From NCBI GenBank assembly GCA_963706325.1, contig CAVPLT010000007.1, positions 64,001 to 128,000 of the forward strand: a stretch of 64,000 nt of DNA, given 5' to 3'. This DNA is from an uncultured Nitrospiraceae bacterium. Lineage in GTDB: Bacteria; Nitrospirota; Nitrospiria; Nitrospirales; Nitrospiraceae. This document shows positions 9,412 to 19,900 of the stretch, in pieces. The position numbers and the translations under genes were made by a program. The notes under the pieces were generated by a model. That model was given only the letters and a program-made list of their open reading frames with translations, was not told where the DNA came from and did no database searches. How positions within the stretch are numbered: position 1 is the first letter of the stretch; the number at the start of each line of letters is the position of its first letter.

Positions 9412-10947
9412 ATGGACCTGGCACAATTGGTGAGGGCGGTGGAACTCGTTCGCGCCACCGCCAAGAAAACCGAGAAGGTGCATCGACTCGCAGAGCTTCT
9501 GCGCCACACCCATGGCTATGAGACACAGCTGGCGGCGCTGTACCTTTGCGGCTCGTTGCCGCAGGGAAAAATCGGTGTCGGATGGGCGGTGCTGCAGAAA
9601 GCCATGGCCGAAGGTCCGGCGATCGGTGAGCGGTTGTCACTGTCGGATGTCGACAGTGAATTGACCGGGGTGGCAGCCGAGCGGGGGCCTGGCTCGAACG
9701 AAAGGAGGACGGCCCGACTCGGCCGTCTGTTTGTCCGCGCCACCACAGACGAACGGCAGTTCCTGGCTCGGCTGGTGGTTGGGGAGATCCGCCAAGGCGC
9801 CTTGGAGGGCCTGCTGCTCGATGCCGTCGCGAAAGCTTCTGGCCGGGCCGCGAGAGCCATCCGACAAGCCTTTATGTTCTCCGGCAACATCGGAGAGGTC
9901 GCGCGGGTGGCGTTAGAAGAAGGGCCCGAAGGTCTGACTCGTTTTTCGTTGCGTCTTTTCCAGCCGGTCTCGCCCATGCTCGCGGGCAGCACGGAAAATG
10001 TCGAAGATGCGTTAGCGCGACTGGATGGGGCGGCCCTGGAATACAAACTTGACGGCGCGCGTATTCAAGTCCACAAGGGCGGCGATGAGGTCCGCATCTT
10101 CACGCGGCAATTGCAGGATGTCACCGGGCGGATGCCTGATCTCATTGAATGGGCGCGGAGCTTGCCGGTGCGGGATGCTGTGCTGGACGGAGAGGCCTTG
10201 GCGCTCCGGCCCGATGGCCGTCCGCATCCATTTCAGGTGACGATGCGTCGCCTGGGAAGAAGCAAGAACATTGAGGAATTAACAGCAGACATTCCACTCA
10301 CGCCGTTCATGTTCGATGCGCTCTATTTAGACGGGAATGTGCTGGTAGATAGGCCATATCACGAGCGAAACGCCCAGCTCATTGAAACGGTGTCCGCTGC
10401 CGCCGTGCCTCGGCTGCTCACGAAGCAGGCTGAAGACGCCCGACAGTTTTTCCAACGAGCCTTGGCGGCAGGGCATGAAGGGATTATGGTGAAGTCGTTA
10501 TCGGCACCCTATGTGGCCGGACAACGCGGCGCACAGTGGTTGAAGCTGAAGCAGGCCGCCACGCTTGACCTTGTCATCCTGGCGGCAGAATGGGGAAGCG
10601 GTCGTCGAACCGGATGGCTCTCCAATCTGCACCTGGGCGCGAGAGACAGTGAAACCGGGCAACTCGTCATGCTGGGCAAGACCTTCAAGGGATTGACCGA
10701 TGACATGCTTCGCCGGCAGACCGAGACACTCCTTGCGCTCGAAACTCACCGCGATGAACACGTCGTGTATGTCCGCCCCGCACTGGTCGCCGAAATTGCG
10801 TTTAGCGACATACAGGAATCGCCGCGTTATCCCGGTGGCCTCGCCCTGCGATTCGCCCGGGTGAAGAGGTATCGTCCGGATAAGTCAGTTGGGCAGGCAG
10901 ATACTATTCAAACTGTGAGAGGTATGTTTACCCGACAGCGAGCCTGA
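9412..10947 (+). CDS. ATP-dependent DNA ligase (LigB/archaeal-type)
   Basis: EYKLDGARIQVH adenylation motif, EGIMVK, WLKLK, GLALRFAR. Confidence 0.95.
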   Translation: MDLAQLVRAVELVRATAKKTEKVHRLAELLRHTHGYETQLAALYLCGSLPQGKIGVGWAVLQKAMAEGPAIGERLSLSDVDSELTGVAAERGPGSNERRTARLGRLFVRATTDERQFLARLVVGEIRQGALEGLLLDAVAKASGRAARAIRQAFMFSGNIGEVARVALEEGPEGLTRFSLRLFQPVSPMLAGSTENVEDALARLDGAALEYKLDGARIQVHKGGDEVRIFTRQLQDVTGRMPDLIEWARSLPVRDAVLDGEALALRPDGRPHPFQVTMRRLGRSKNIEELTADIPLTPFMFDALYLDGNVLVDRPYHERNAQLIETVSAAAVPRLLTKQAEDARQFFQRALAAGHEGIMVKSLSAPYVAGQRGAQWLKLKQAATLDLVILAAEWGSGRRTGWLSNLHLGARDSETGQLVMLGKTFKGLTDDMLRRQTETLLALETHRDEHVVYVRPALVAEIAFSDIQESPRYPGGLALRFARVKRYRPDKSVGQADTIQTVRGMFTRQRA

Positions 10948-11059
10948 CGCAGGCTCGACGCTCTCAGAAAAACTAGGGGTTTATCTAGTGGGGAGCCCAT
11001 CGATGGTGAAGCTACATTCAATCTGGCAGCTCACAGTTCACCACTATTCGGAGGATGGT

Positions 11060-11338
11060 ATGCGTATATTTGTGACGGCAGCAATGGTTGGCATTTGCAT
11101 GGTAGCGGGTTTCACCCTCTCTGCAGGGGCCAGCGAAACGAAGGCCAAGATGGAAAAGGCCAAAGGCGAGATGAAGGCCGATACCGAGGAGATGAAGGGC
11201 GAAGTGAAGGGCATGAAAGAGGAGATGAAGGGCAATGATACCAGCGCTGCTATGGAGCGGGCGAAAGGAAATGTGAAGGGGACCACCGAACGAGCCAAGG
11301 GAAAAATCAACGAAACGACAGAGAAGATAAAAGACTAG
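11060..11338 (+). CDS. Small secreted CsbD-like stress protein with repeated K/E-rich units
   Basis: Signal peptide, then repeats EKAKGEMK / EEMKGEVK / ERAKGNVK / ERAKGKI. Confidence 0.65.
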   Translation: MRIFVTAAMVGICMVAGFTLSAGASETKAKMEKAKGEMKADTEEMKGEVKGMKEEMKGNDTSAAMERAKGNVKGTTERAKGKINETTEKIKD

Positions 11339-11388
11339 CGTGATTGACGATCCGTCCCGTCGCTGAATTGCCGGCGGGGTGGATCTGC

Positions 11389-12249
11389 TCAGCGCTCAGG
11401 CTTGCGGGCCGCGACGACTCGAGCCGCGATGGGTAATACGATACGATCATGGCGGCGGAACCCATTTACCGCGGTGATAATTCCTCGTTCCGCCTCCGAT
11501 TTCTGCTGTGGCGTCAGTGTCGCGAATAGGTTTTGAAACGGCGCCGCAATATCCATCAAACTGCTAAAGAACTCCTCCGCTGTGGTATAGGTTACGTCGG
11601 CGAGAAACTCTTCTTCGCTCAACCGGGCTAGCCCGGCTCCTTTCAACATTCCTGTCAATTCCCCTGATTTTGCCAGCCGGAACACTCCTGGCGCTTCCGG
11701 GTCCGGCGTCGGCAGCGTCACGATGCTCTTGATGACGTCCATCGGGATTCGCATGAACGGATTTGTGTCCGGTGATGACCAGACGGCCGCTGCCATATAC
11801 CCTCCCGGCTTCAGCACACGTGCCATGTCCTTGAGGGCTTTCGGAATCTCCGGCAGAAACATCAAGCAGAATCGGCTGATCACCGCATCGAACGATTCCC
11901 CGTCAAAGGGAAGGGCGGTCGCGTCCCCCGTTCGAAAGGTGACATGTTTCATTCCAAGGGCCTGGGCCTTGCGTGTGGCGACGGCCAGCATAGATTCGGC
12001 AAGGTCGATTCCCACCACTGAGCCGTCCGATCCCACGACCTCGCCGGCAAGCAAGGCTGGATACCCAGTACCGGATCCCACATCCAGAACCTGCATGCCG
12101 GGTCGCAATCGCGCATCCGCCGCGAGCCTGTGATTGATGAAGGTCATATTACGGCTGAAATACTGGTCCCATTTATCCCAGCCTCCCGCGACGCGGTTCC
12201 AATCTTTGCGCTGGGCCTCAATCACCTCTGCCGGCATTGGCGTTGGCAT
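11389..12249 (-). CDS. Class I SAM-dependent methyltransferase (UbiE-like)
   Basis: VLDVGSGTG, GDATALPF...FDAV, RVLKPGG. Confidence 0.9.
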   Translation of the reverse strand: MPTPMPAEVIEAQRKDWNRVAGGWDKWDQYFSRNMTFINHRLAADARLRPGMQVLDVGSGTGYPALLAGEVVGSDGSVVGIDLAESMLAVATRKAQALGMKHVTFRTGDATALPFDGESFDAVISRFCLMFLPEIPKALKDMARVLKPGGYMAAAVWSSPDTNPFMRIPMDVIKSIVTLPTPDPEAPGVFRLAKSGELTGMLKGAGLARLSEEEFLADVTYTTAEEFFSSLMDIAAPFQNLFATLTPQQKSEAERGIITAVNGFRRHDRIVLPIAARVVAARKPER

Positions 12250-12289
12250 CAAGAATCTCCTTGTCGGCCATGGATCCAGCGAACATGCG

Positions 12290-12793
12290 CTACCTCACCC
12301 GTTCGAAGGTAAATATTTTGGGTACGTCTTTTCCCGCTTTGCTCAGCATCCACGTTTGAGTGAAATGGTCGTGATCCTTCACGTCGATCGACAGCTGATG
12401 CATGTGAACGTCAGTCGGGTTTTTGAGATTGGTCGCATCCACGAAGGCAAAATTGATGGACTTATCGCCCTCTTTCACTCCACCCGCGCGCATGCGGGGC
12501 TGATTGTTGAGAGAGCAGTAATGCGTCAGCATCAGTTGGTCGCCGTCGCTATAGTACATGGTGGTCATGGGCGGACTGTCGGGCGGCGTGAGAGTTTCAG
12601 TCAGGTTGGTGCCCCCCGAGCTGAGTGCATAGGTAGTCTTGTAGGCCTTTCCGTCGGCATCGGTGCCCTTCCATTCTCCGACAAGAAACTTCAGGGGAGC
12701 CAGACTGGTATCGGGGGCATCGGCTGCGTGAGATGAGATCGATAAACAGAGAAGCAGGAGAACGTAGAGAGTGCGGGACATTCCTCGCGGCAT
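12290..12793 (-). CDS. Hypothetical secreted beta-rich protein (lipocalin-like)
   Basis: Signal peptide; LKFLVGEWKG, LMLTHYCSLNNQPRM, HMH. Confidence 0.7.
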   Translation of the reverse strand: MPRGMSRTLYVLLLLCLSISSHAADAPDTSLAPLKFLVGEWKGTDADGKAYKTTYALSSGGTNLTETLTPPDSPPMTTMYYSDGDQLMLTHYCSLNNQPRMRAGGVKEGDKSINFAFVDATNLKNPTDVHMHQLSIDVKDHDHFTQTWMLSKAGKDVPKIFTFERVR

Positions 12794-13145
12794 GCAAACC
12801 CTCCATCATGATGCGGGACGAAGCAATGAAAAGCCAGTCAAGCATGTCTCTCCGGTCGAGATCAAGCCCTTTTCGGCTGCGGTCGCATGAACGAGTCAGT
12901 CGAATACGCGTGCTGGATCCACCGGTACGGCTGTCTCAGGAGCCTTGCAGGAAATGCTGTAAGGTTCGGCTGTCTCCTCCGTCTGTATGAGCGTATGGGC
13001 CGATAGTTACCACAGGCAGGTGTCCGAGGACGCAGACCGAATCCACTCAGATCGCCCTGCAACGCTCGAACGACCTTCGTTCCAGATACGCTCTTGATGA
13101 AGAAAGGGAGATCGTTGATAACGTGATGATGTAAGGACCATCCTG

Positions 13146-14102
13146 ATGAAACGAAAAAATGTTGTGCGGCTGGGGGTCATCATCGTGACGGCGGTGATCG
13201 CCGTCACGATGGCCGCCTGCAGCCAGTTTGAGCCGCGTGACAAACGATTTTATTATCGGGCGCTGTGGAACTTCGCGCTGCGGGAAGACCTCGCCGAACT
13301 CGACAGCGAGTTCAACGGCGTCGACTTCGGACATTCCAATCTGTACGAGCATCTTTTGCTCACCGGCGGCAGAGACGTCCCGGCTATTGAGGACACAGCC
13401 CGCAAGCAAACGCTGGCCTTTATCGCCACCAAGCCACGCCTCAATCCTAGTGAGGAGGCCATCGCTCCCACCTATATGAAGCTGGCCTGGCGCGCCCAGA
13501 ATACGTTCGACGAAGCGCACGCGCTACACCGCGCCACCTATGACATCATGGTCTCAGACGAACCGGACAAAGATCGTGCGATTCAAAACGTGCTGAACTA
13601 TTACCGTGAGAGCGCCTACGCCATTACGACGAAGCGGCTGGATCACCATCGACTGGATCAGTTTCCCTACTCCAAGGCGTTTAGGAAACGATTTCCTCTG
13701 TTCAATGCCACCATCTGGTCGTATCACTACTTGCAAGTGGCCGTGTACGATCCCTTGCAGGCGGCGTCTGATCTAGCGGCAAAGACCCAGGCCGTGCGGC
13801 CTATTCTCACCACTTACCACCGATACCTGGCCGATCCGCCCGTGCAGTGGACGTTCATGCCGCTGACGGCGGAATTGAGCCCCAGGTTCGCGGCGCGCTA
13901 TCCGGAGCTTGCGAATATTTTCGACAACCTTCACATGCTGCATGACAACATCAGCGATATTCTGACGAGTGAACTCGTGCCTACGTGGGAAGAAAAGCGC
14001 ACCGAAATCTACCGCCTCGTGAATACCTATTACTTCGCCGGCGCGGATGCGACAAATCCGATGATCGTCGAAACTCAGGCAGATCAGGAGCATCAGCATT
14101 GA
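13146..14102 (+). CDS. Hypothetical lipoprotein with duplicated His/Asp motifs
   Basis: Lipobox MAAC; DFGH, FDEAHALH, FDNLHMLHD. Confidence 0.75.
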   Translation: MKRKNVVRLGVIIVTAVIAVTMAACSQFEPRDKRFYYRALWNFALREDLAELDSEFNGVDFGHSNLYEHLLLTGGRDVPAIEDTARKQTLAFIATKPRLNPSEEAIAPTYMKLAWRAQNTFDEAHALHRATYDIMVSDEPDKDRAIQNVLNYYRESAYAITTKRLDHHRLDQFPYSKAFRKRFPLFNATIWSYHYLQVAVYDPLQAASDLAAKTQAVRPILTTYHRYLADPPVQWTFMPLTAELSPRFAARYPELANIFDNLHMLHDNISDILTSELVPTWEEKRTEIYRLVNTYYFAGADATNPMIVETQADQEHQH

Positions 14103-14884
14103 GCAAACCGGATAGGCGGACGATTTGCGGCCTGTTTTTCGCACTGCTGGCCCTGTCGCCGCTGTCGGGTCTGGCTTTAGACCATGACAATCTCGATCCC
14201 AACCGTCCGATCGGCATGGAGGACGCCTATGCCATTCCCAAGGGCGAAATCGGCATGGAAGGCGGCGTGCGATTTAACGATCGCCGGGAAGGGCGCACGC
14301 GCGTCACGTTCCAGCCGCAAATCATCTATGGCGCATTTGAGAACACCCAGATTGAAATCCAAGGCGATTTGTTTACCGACCCCCAATCCCTGGTCGGCGC
14401 GAACAAATCCGGAGACCTGCACCTGGGTGTCCTGTACAATTTCAACACCGAGACGTTGAATATTCCGGCCATGGCCGTGCGGGTGGAGGCCGATCTGCCG
14501 ACAGGCGTGAACTCGAAAGGCGTGGATACGCAACTTACCGGCATCCTCACGCGTTCGTTCGGGCGGCTCCGTGCCCATCTCAACCTAGGCTACAGCCTTC
14601 TCGGCTCTCCGCAAGGTCAAGAGAGGTCGGGCGCCTATCGCGCCGTCGCCGCAGTCAGTTATCCGCTCGGCTATCCCACTAGTTTTCGCGACACGCTGAT
14701 CGCCAGTATCTATAGCCGCCAGTCGGATCTTCGTGGGCAGCGGAATCACACCGGTGTGGAAATAGGTCTGCGCCACCAACTCACCTCGCGTGTGGTGTTA
14801 GACGGCGGCCTCGGCACCGAGTTCCTCGGGCCGTCTGATCGGGCAGCGCTCCTTGGAACAGTAGGAGTGTCAGTAGGGTTTTGA
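14099..14884 (+). CDS. Outer-membrane beta-barrel / transporter-like protein
   Basis: TTG start overlaps the upstream stop (TTGA); signal peptide; alternating beta-strands; C-terminal VSVGF. Confidence 0.7.
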   Translation: MSKPDRRTICGLFFALLALSPLSGLALDHDNLDPNRPIGMEDAYAIPKGEIGMEGGVRFNDRREGRTRVTFQPQIIYGAFENTQIEIQGDLFTDPQSLVGANKSGDLHLGVLYNFNTETLNIPAMAVRVEADLPTGVNSKGVDTQLTGILTRSFGRLRAHLNLGYSLLGSPQGQERSGAYRAVAAVSYPLGYPTSFRDTLIASIYSRQSDLRGQRNHTGVEIGLRHQLTSRVVLDGGLGTEFLGPSDRAALLGTVGVSVGF

Positions 14885-14908
14885 GAATCGCAATCTGCGA
14901 AGGGTGAG

Positions 14909-16210
14909 TCAGCGGCCGTGGCCGCCATGGCTACCGCCGCTCCCACCATGGGAATGTCCCACTCCGCTGGAATGGGTGTGTCCGCCGAAATATTGCGGGC
15001 TCACAGATGCGCTCGGGTGCGTGGTAGGAGAGGGTGAGGTGTGGATGTTGGGGGGGCTAGGGCGCCAGAAATGTGAGGGATGGAGCTGATAGGTGGTGGA
15101 TGAGGGGGCAGACTGGTGCATCACCGGCGGAATGGAGCGTGGAGTGGGGATGTTGACGATGTCGCCAACCTTTGCAGGCACGCCGGCGGGTGTCAGCAGC
15201 GGCGGTGACTGATGATTGTGCGCATGGGGCGGAGTAGGGACCAACAATGTGTGACGCGGCGGCAATGCGGAGGCTCCTCCTGTTGGGGGTGACATCCGGC
15301 CAGGCTGAGCCGCGATGTGTTGGTGTGCGAGCGGAAGATGACGGTGCCGGGGGTAGAGGCCTTGCGCCTGCAGCAGCAAGCCGTTCACTCCGCCCACGCC
15401 GATCGAGGGATAGGAGTAGAATCCCGGCGTAGCATAGACCACGCTTGTCCACGCTTGGGACACAAGACCGGTGGCTTGCAGTTCATTGAGCAGGTCCTCG
15501 CGCTCGCGGCTGAGCTGTTGCACCTCGCCAGGCGATGGGGCGGCGGCGAGGGCTCGGCTGGTGGCATCGAGCTGTTCCTGCAATCGATCCGTTTCGGCGC
15601 GGAGCGCCAGGAACTCTTGCTTGGCACTGTCGTTCTCGCGCAGCGCCGCAATGGCCTGCGCGACCTCATGCGGATCGATCTCGGCCGTGAGGTCGGCGCG
15701 AATCACCACGGCCCCGTCCTCCAGCCTGGGCGTAACCGACTGGTTCACGATCTTCACGATGCCTGCCGTGAAAGAGCGTATGTCATCCCGCGTCACATCC
15801 ATGTTTCGGACTTCGGTCACGCTTTCCAAATAGGTCGCCACCTGTTCGAGCGCGTCTTTTTTCGCGGCCTCGACCGCCAAGCGCACGGCATCTGTCCGCG
15901 TGTCATGATCGCTCATGCGATGTTCCCCGCTGGCCGTGACGGTCCTGCTGTCGGCGGAGGGAGGGGATGGTGCAGTGGTGACAACAGGCCCAGCAGGGGG
16001 CGGCGCCTCGTCCTCACGCTGTGTGATCTGGTTGCGGTATTTGTCGGGGATGGAGTCAAACTCATTGGTGAAAGTTTGAACACCGGCGTCATTGATGTAG
16101 CTGTAGATGTGAGTGGACGCAAAGCTGAGCTGGGCAGTAATAGCTTGAGCGGTCAGCCAGATAAGGGAAAAAAGAACCGTGAATGTGGACGCCCTCTGAG
16201 AGAGATACAT
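14909..16210 (-). CDS. Hypothetical secreted protein: DUF4124-like N-terminus, LPP20-like domain, coiled coil, Pro/His/Gly-rich tail
   Basis: IYSYINDAGVQTFTN...IPDKYR; AVEAAKKDALEQ; heptad repeats; tail GHSHGGSGGSHGGHGR. Confidence 0.65.
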   Translation of the reverse strand: MYLSQRASTFTVLFSLIWLTAQAITAQLSFASTHIYSYINDAGVQTFTNEFDSIPDKYRNQITQREDEAPPPAGPVVTTAPSPPSADSRTVTASGEHRMSDHDTRTDAVRLAVEAAKKDALEQVATYLESVTEVRNMDVTRDDIRSFTAGIVKIVNQSVTPRLEDGAVVIRADLTAEIDPHEVAQAIAALRENDSAKQEFLALRAETDRLQEQLDATSRALAAAPSPGEVQQLSREREDLLNELQATGLVSQAWTSVVYATPGFYSYPSIGVGGVNGLLLQAQGLYPRHRHLPLAHQHIAAQPGRMSPPTGGASALPPRHTLLVPTPPHAHNHQSPPLLTPAGVPAKVGDIVNIPTPRSIPPVMHQSAPSSTTYQLHPSHFWRPSPPNIHTSPSPTTHPSASVSPQYFGGHTHSSGVGHSHGGSGGSHGGHGR

Positions 16211-16900
16211 ATGGTCCTCTCGTCTCTTCGCTCCGTCAGCATATCACAGGAGCGGATGGGAATTGGCGCAGGTGGACTTGGATAAGTTCAGTCGCAAGCC
16301 GGCATGTTTTGTCGCTCTTCAGCGGGAATGATCCAATGCCGTTACGATCGTGATTCAGCAAACTGGACCAACCCACGATTGGTCAGTCGACAGCGCCCCG
16401 GCGGCTATCTAACGCACCCCTTGGCAAGCCAAAGGCTTCTTCCTCGCATCAAGCGATCCAGTGTCTCCTTGTGAGAAGCGTTCCGAAATGCGCACAGTCA
16501 GTGGTCCAGCTTCCTCCGATTGAAGATGCCATATCGTGGCGACTGGTGGGTGATTCAAGAGTGACACACCTAGCTGCAAACTAACTCTCCGTCTCTCTGT
16601 ATCGCTAGGGCCCTCCCTAGCTGCCAGAAAGCGAGCCCGGCCGTAGGATGGCACCTACTACACTCTAAACATTCAAGCTGACGTCGAGACCGCGCAGCAA
16701 ACACTCACAAGAAGATCTATGGGAACGAGAGTTCCGACCTAAATGTGTAGTTCGACAATTGGGGATGAGAGACTTTTGATAGGAATTCATTCACACCGAC
16801 TGACCTCAGTTTTCTTCATTTCCCGTGGATTTGTCCTCTTTTAGCGCGGCGTTCGGGCCGCGTGAGAGATGTGTTATTCGATTGAGACTTCTGACCCAAC

Positions 16901-19900
16901 ATGGATACCATCAGAACCGCACACCCGCTTCACCTTCCCCGCAAGAAATCGTATGTGACCGATGGCCCGGTGGAGTTCTCGATGCCCCTCGCCGTCCATC
17001 CATCGAAGTTCGCAGAGAGGGTAGACCGCACGGATGGGCTATTGGCCCTCTTGCTGGGAATTGTAGTCGGCGTCGCCTGCCTGGTCATCGCGGATACCAT
17101 CCCCTCCTTCCTGCTGCAGTCGATAGACTTTTGGTTTGAGGCCGACACGCTCCGTGAAGTTTCAAACATGACCCGGGTCCACGCCAATCACTATCGGACA
17201 TCGGTGCATCCCCTCTTCTCGTTGCTCACCTTCATCCCGGTGTATGCCGTCAGACACGGTCTGTCGATGAGCCCGGTACAAGCCGTGCTGCTGGTAACGA
17301 GTGTGATCGGCGGCCTGTGGTCCGGAACACTGTATGTCCTGCTTCGCCTCCTGGGCTGCCGCAAGCCGGATGCCTTCGTCTTCACTCTGCTCGGGGTCTG
17401 CAGCGCCTCGGCGCTCTTCTGGCTGCCGGTTCCCAATTCATTTTCGTGGGGCTCGCTCACAATCATGTTCGCGCTCGTGCTGCTCTTGCTTGCCGAGCAA
17501 CGCACGTTCGGCGCCGCGGTGTATGTGGTGGCCAGCGCCCTCACGCTCAGCGTGACGGTTACCAACTGGATGGCCGGTTTATTGGTGACGCTGGTTCGGT
17601 GGCCCTGGAGGCAAGCTGCGCAGCTCTCTGTCAACGCCTTATGCTTGGTCGTGCTGCTGTGGGGGGTGCAGAAGGTCATCTTTCCCAGCGCAGAGTTTTT
17701 CATCGGCAGCCGAGGGGAGACGTCGTACATCAATCATCCGCAGGCAGGGACCGCAACTAACGTCGCCTCTTCGTTTGTGTTTCATAGCCTCATTGCGCCT
17801 GCCGTTCGGTTCATCAAGGACGACGCATACACCCAGATCAATGATGATTCGTTCCGCTTGTCTGAACGTCTGACATTCCAATTTTCAAGCCCGGGATCCG
17901 CAGGTCCGCTTGGCGTCATTGCCGTCGGCATATGGTCTGCGCTGCTCCTCAATGGATTGTGGCGATTGTTGACCCTGAGTGGTCACGTTCGGTTTCGGCT
18001 GGTGCTGGGGCTGTTGCTCGTTTCCGAACTCGCGCTGCACATGCTCTATGGGGAGGAAACGTTCACCTACAGTTTAAATTTTGTCCCTCTGCTCATCGCC
18101 GTTGCCGCGTTGGGTGCGCTCAGCCCAGGACGGCCGCTGGTGCTTGGTCTTGCCTCTCTCCTTGTCGTGTGCGCTGGCATTAATAACTGGCAGCAATTCA
18201 GGGGGGTGGTGGAGTCGGCCACGCAGTTCACACCGCAGCGCACGCTCATGACCAGCATGATGCGAAGCGATCCGGACCGGCTGTGGCCACGCTCAGTCGG
18301 CCATGTGCCTTTGGCCGTACCGGGAACTCCGGAGGGAGGCGCGGCCTACCACGAGCCCGGCGGGGACTTTAGTCCGCGTACCCCGAGTTTCGGCGTCTCG
18401 CTCTGGCTGTGCGATGACACTGGGCGTCCCGTGGTCAACAGTGAGACGGTGCCGCTCAGCGAAATCCAACAAAAATTTGCGCCGTCGACCCATCCGCAGG
18501 TCCCCAGCATCGCGACGCGGACACCGTACTATGACGCCACATGGTCACGGCTGGATGCCACACGTTGGGAGCTTCGGTTCAAGAATTACACGACGCATGT
18601 CCCCGCGATTCTCATCCGAAGCGTGGGTCCGGCGGGCGGCCCCGTGACCTCGCTGATCTGGAATGGCGCACAGGTGGCGGTGAACCACCGGTGGGCCGTG
18701 AGCGCAACGCCTTCTCCTGGCCTCGTTGTGTTGGGGGATGAAAATGCGGCGGAATGGATGACCGAACAGGTACCAGGCACCTCGTGGAGTGGCGAGTCGG
18801 GCTGGGGATACGCGCGTCTGACGTTTAGGGAGACATCGGCGAAGGTCGGCGACGAGATACGCGTGGTGTTGAGCGATCTCCAGCCTCAATTCGAAATGAA
18901 AGAATATTTCCCCAAGGCGCCGGAGCGAGCGCGCATGACGCTGCCCGACCCGCGCTTTCAGGCTTCTATGGATGCGCAGATCACTCACCTCATGATGAGT
19001 TTGGTCGATAATGAAACCAGACCCGGCGATCCGGTCCTTTTCTATCGCGCCTGGCACCGGCCGGGCGCGTACATTACGACCGGGCTTGCGCGCGCCGGAG
19101 ATCCCCACATCAGCCGGGTGCTGTCCACATTCCTTGCGACGCATGACTTCGGCGGCGGGTCCGGCGCGGAAGCCGATGCGCCAGGACTTGCGATTTGGGC
19201 GCTCACGGAGTCGGCCACCTACATCGCTGACCCTGTGCATGATGATTGGATCTGGCCGCATATCCTTCGGAAAACAGAATGGATTGAGCGCATGCTCACG
19301 GCCCGCGCTCCTGTTCCGGAGCCGTTTTCCAAACCTTCGCCACAAAACCTCAACCACGGGCGGCAGACCAGGACTGCTGTGCTGGCTCAGCCTACTCGTG
19401 ACGGCCTGATCGTCGGACGAGTTGGACAGGAATGGCCGCTACTCTACGTGAATGCCATCAGTTACCGTGGCCTGCTCGCCGCGGCTGACTTTGCCGACCG
19501 ACTCGGCAAGCGCCAGCATGCGGTGCGTTGGCGGACTCAGGCGCAGGCATTGAGAAAAAGCTGGGAACGACAGGCTCTGCCTGGCGCTCCTGACGCGCCC
19601 GTCTCATCCGCGTCTGTGTCGTCCGTCGTCCCTACCGCGTCCAGCCGCAATCAATTGGGACAACCGTTGCCCACGTATCGGCCGCCGGCCGACAATCGGG
19701 GTCCTGCGGGCGAATTGGCCCGCAGCCATCTGGCCTTACGGTCGGGGCAGCCACAAGCCGTGTGGGCCACGCTTCACCAACTCTGGAATCATCAGGCCTC
19801 ACCAGGCCTCTATACCTGGGATGCCCCGCGACCTCCGATAGAGGACGTCGTCGATGGATGGCAATTCGCGAGAGGATGGCACAATGAGTCGGTCATCTCG

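Noticed and set aside
9412..10947. NHEJ (Ku-LigD) system
   Set aside because: The ligase lacks polymerase and phosphoesterase domains, and no Ku gene is nearby.
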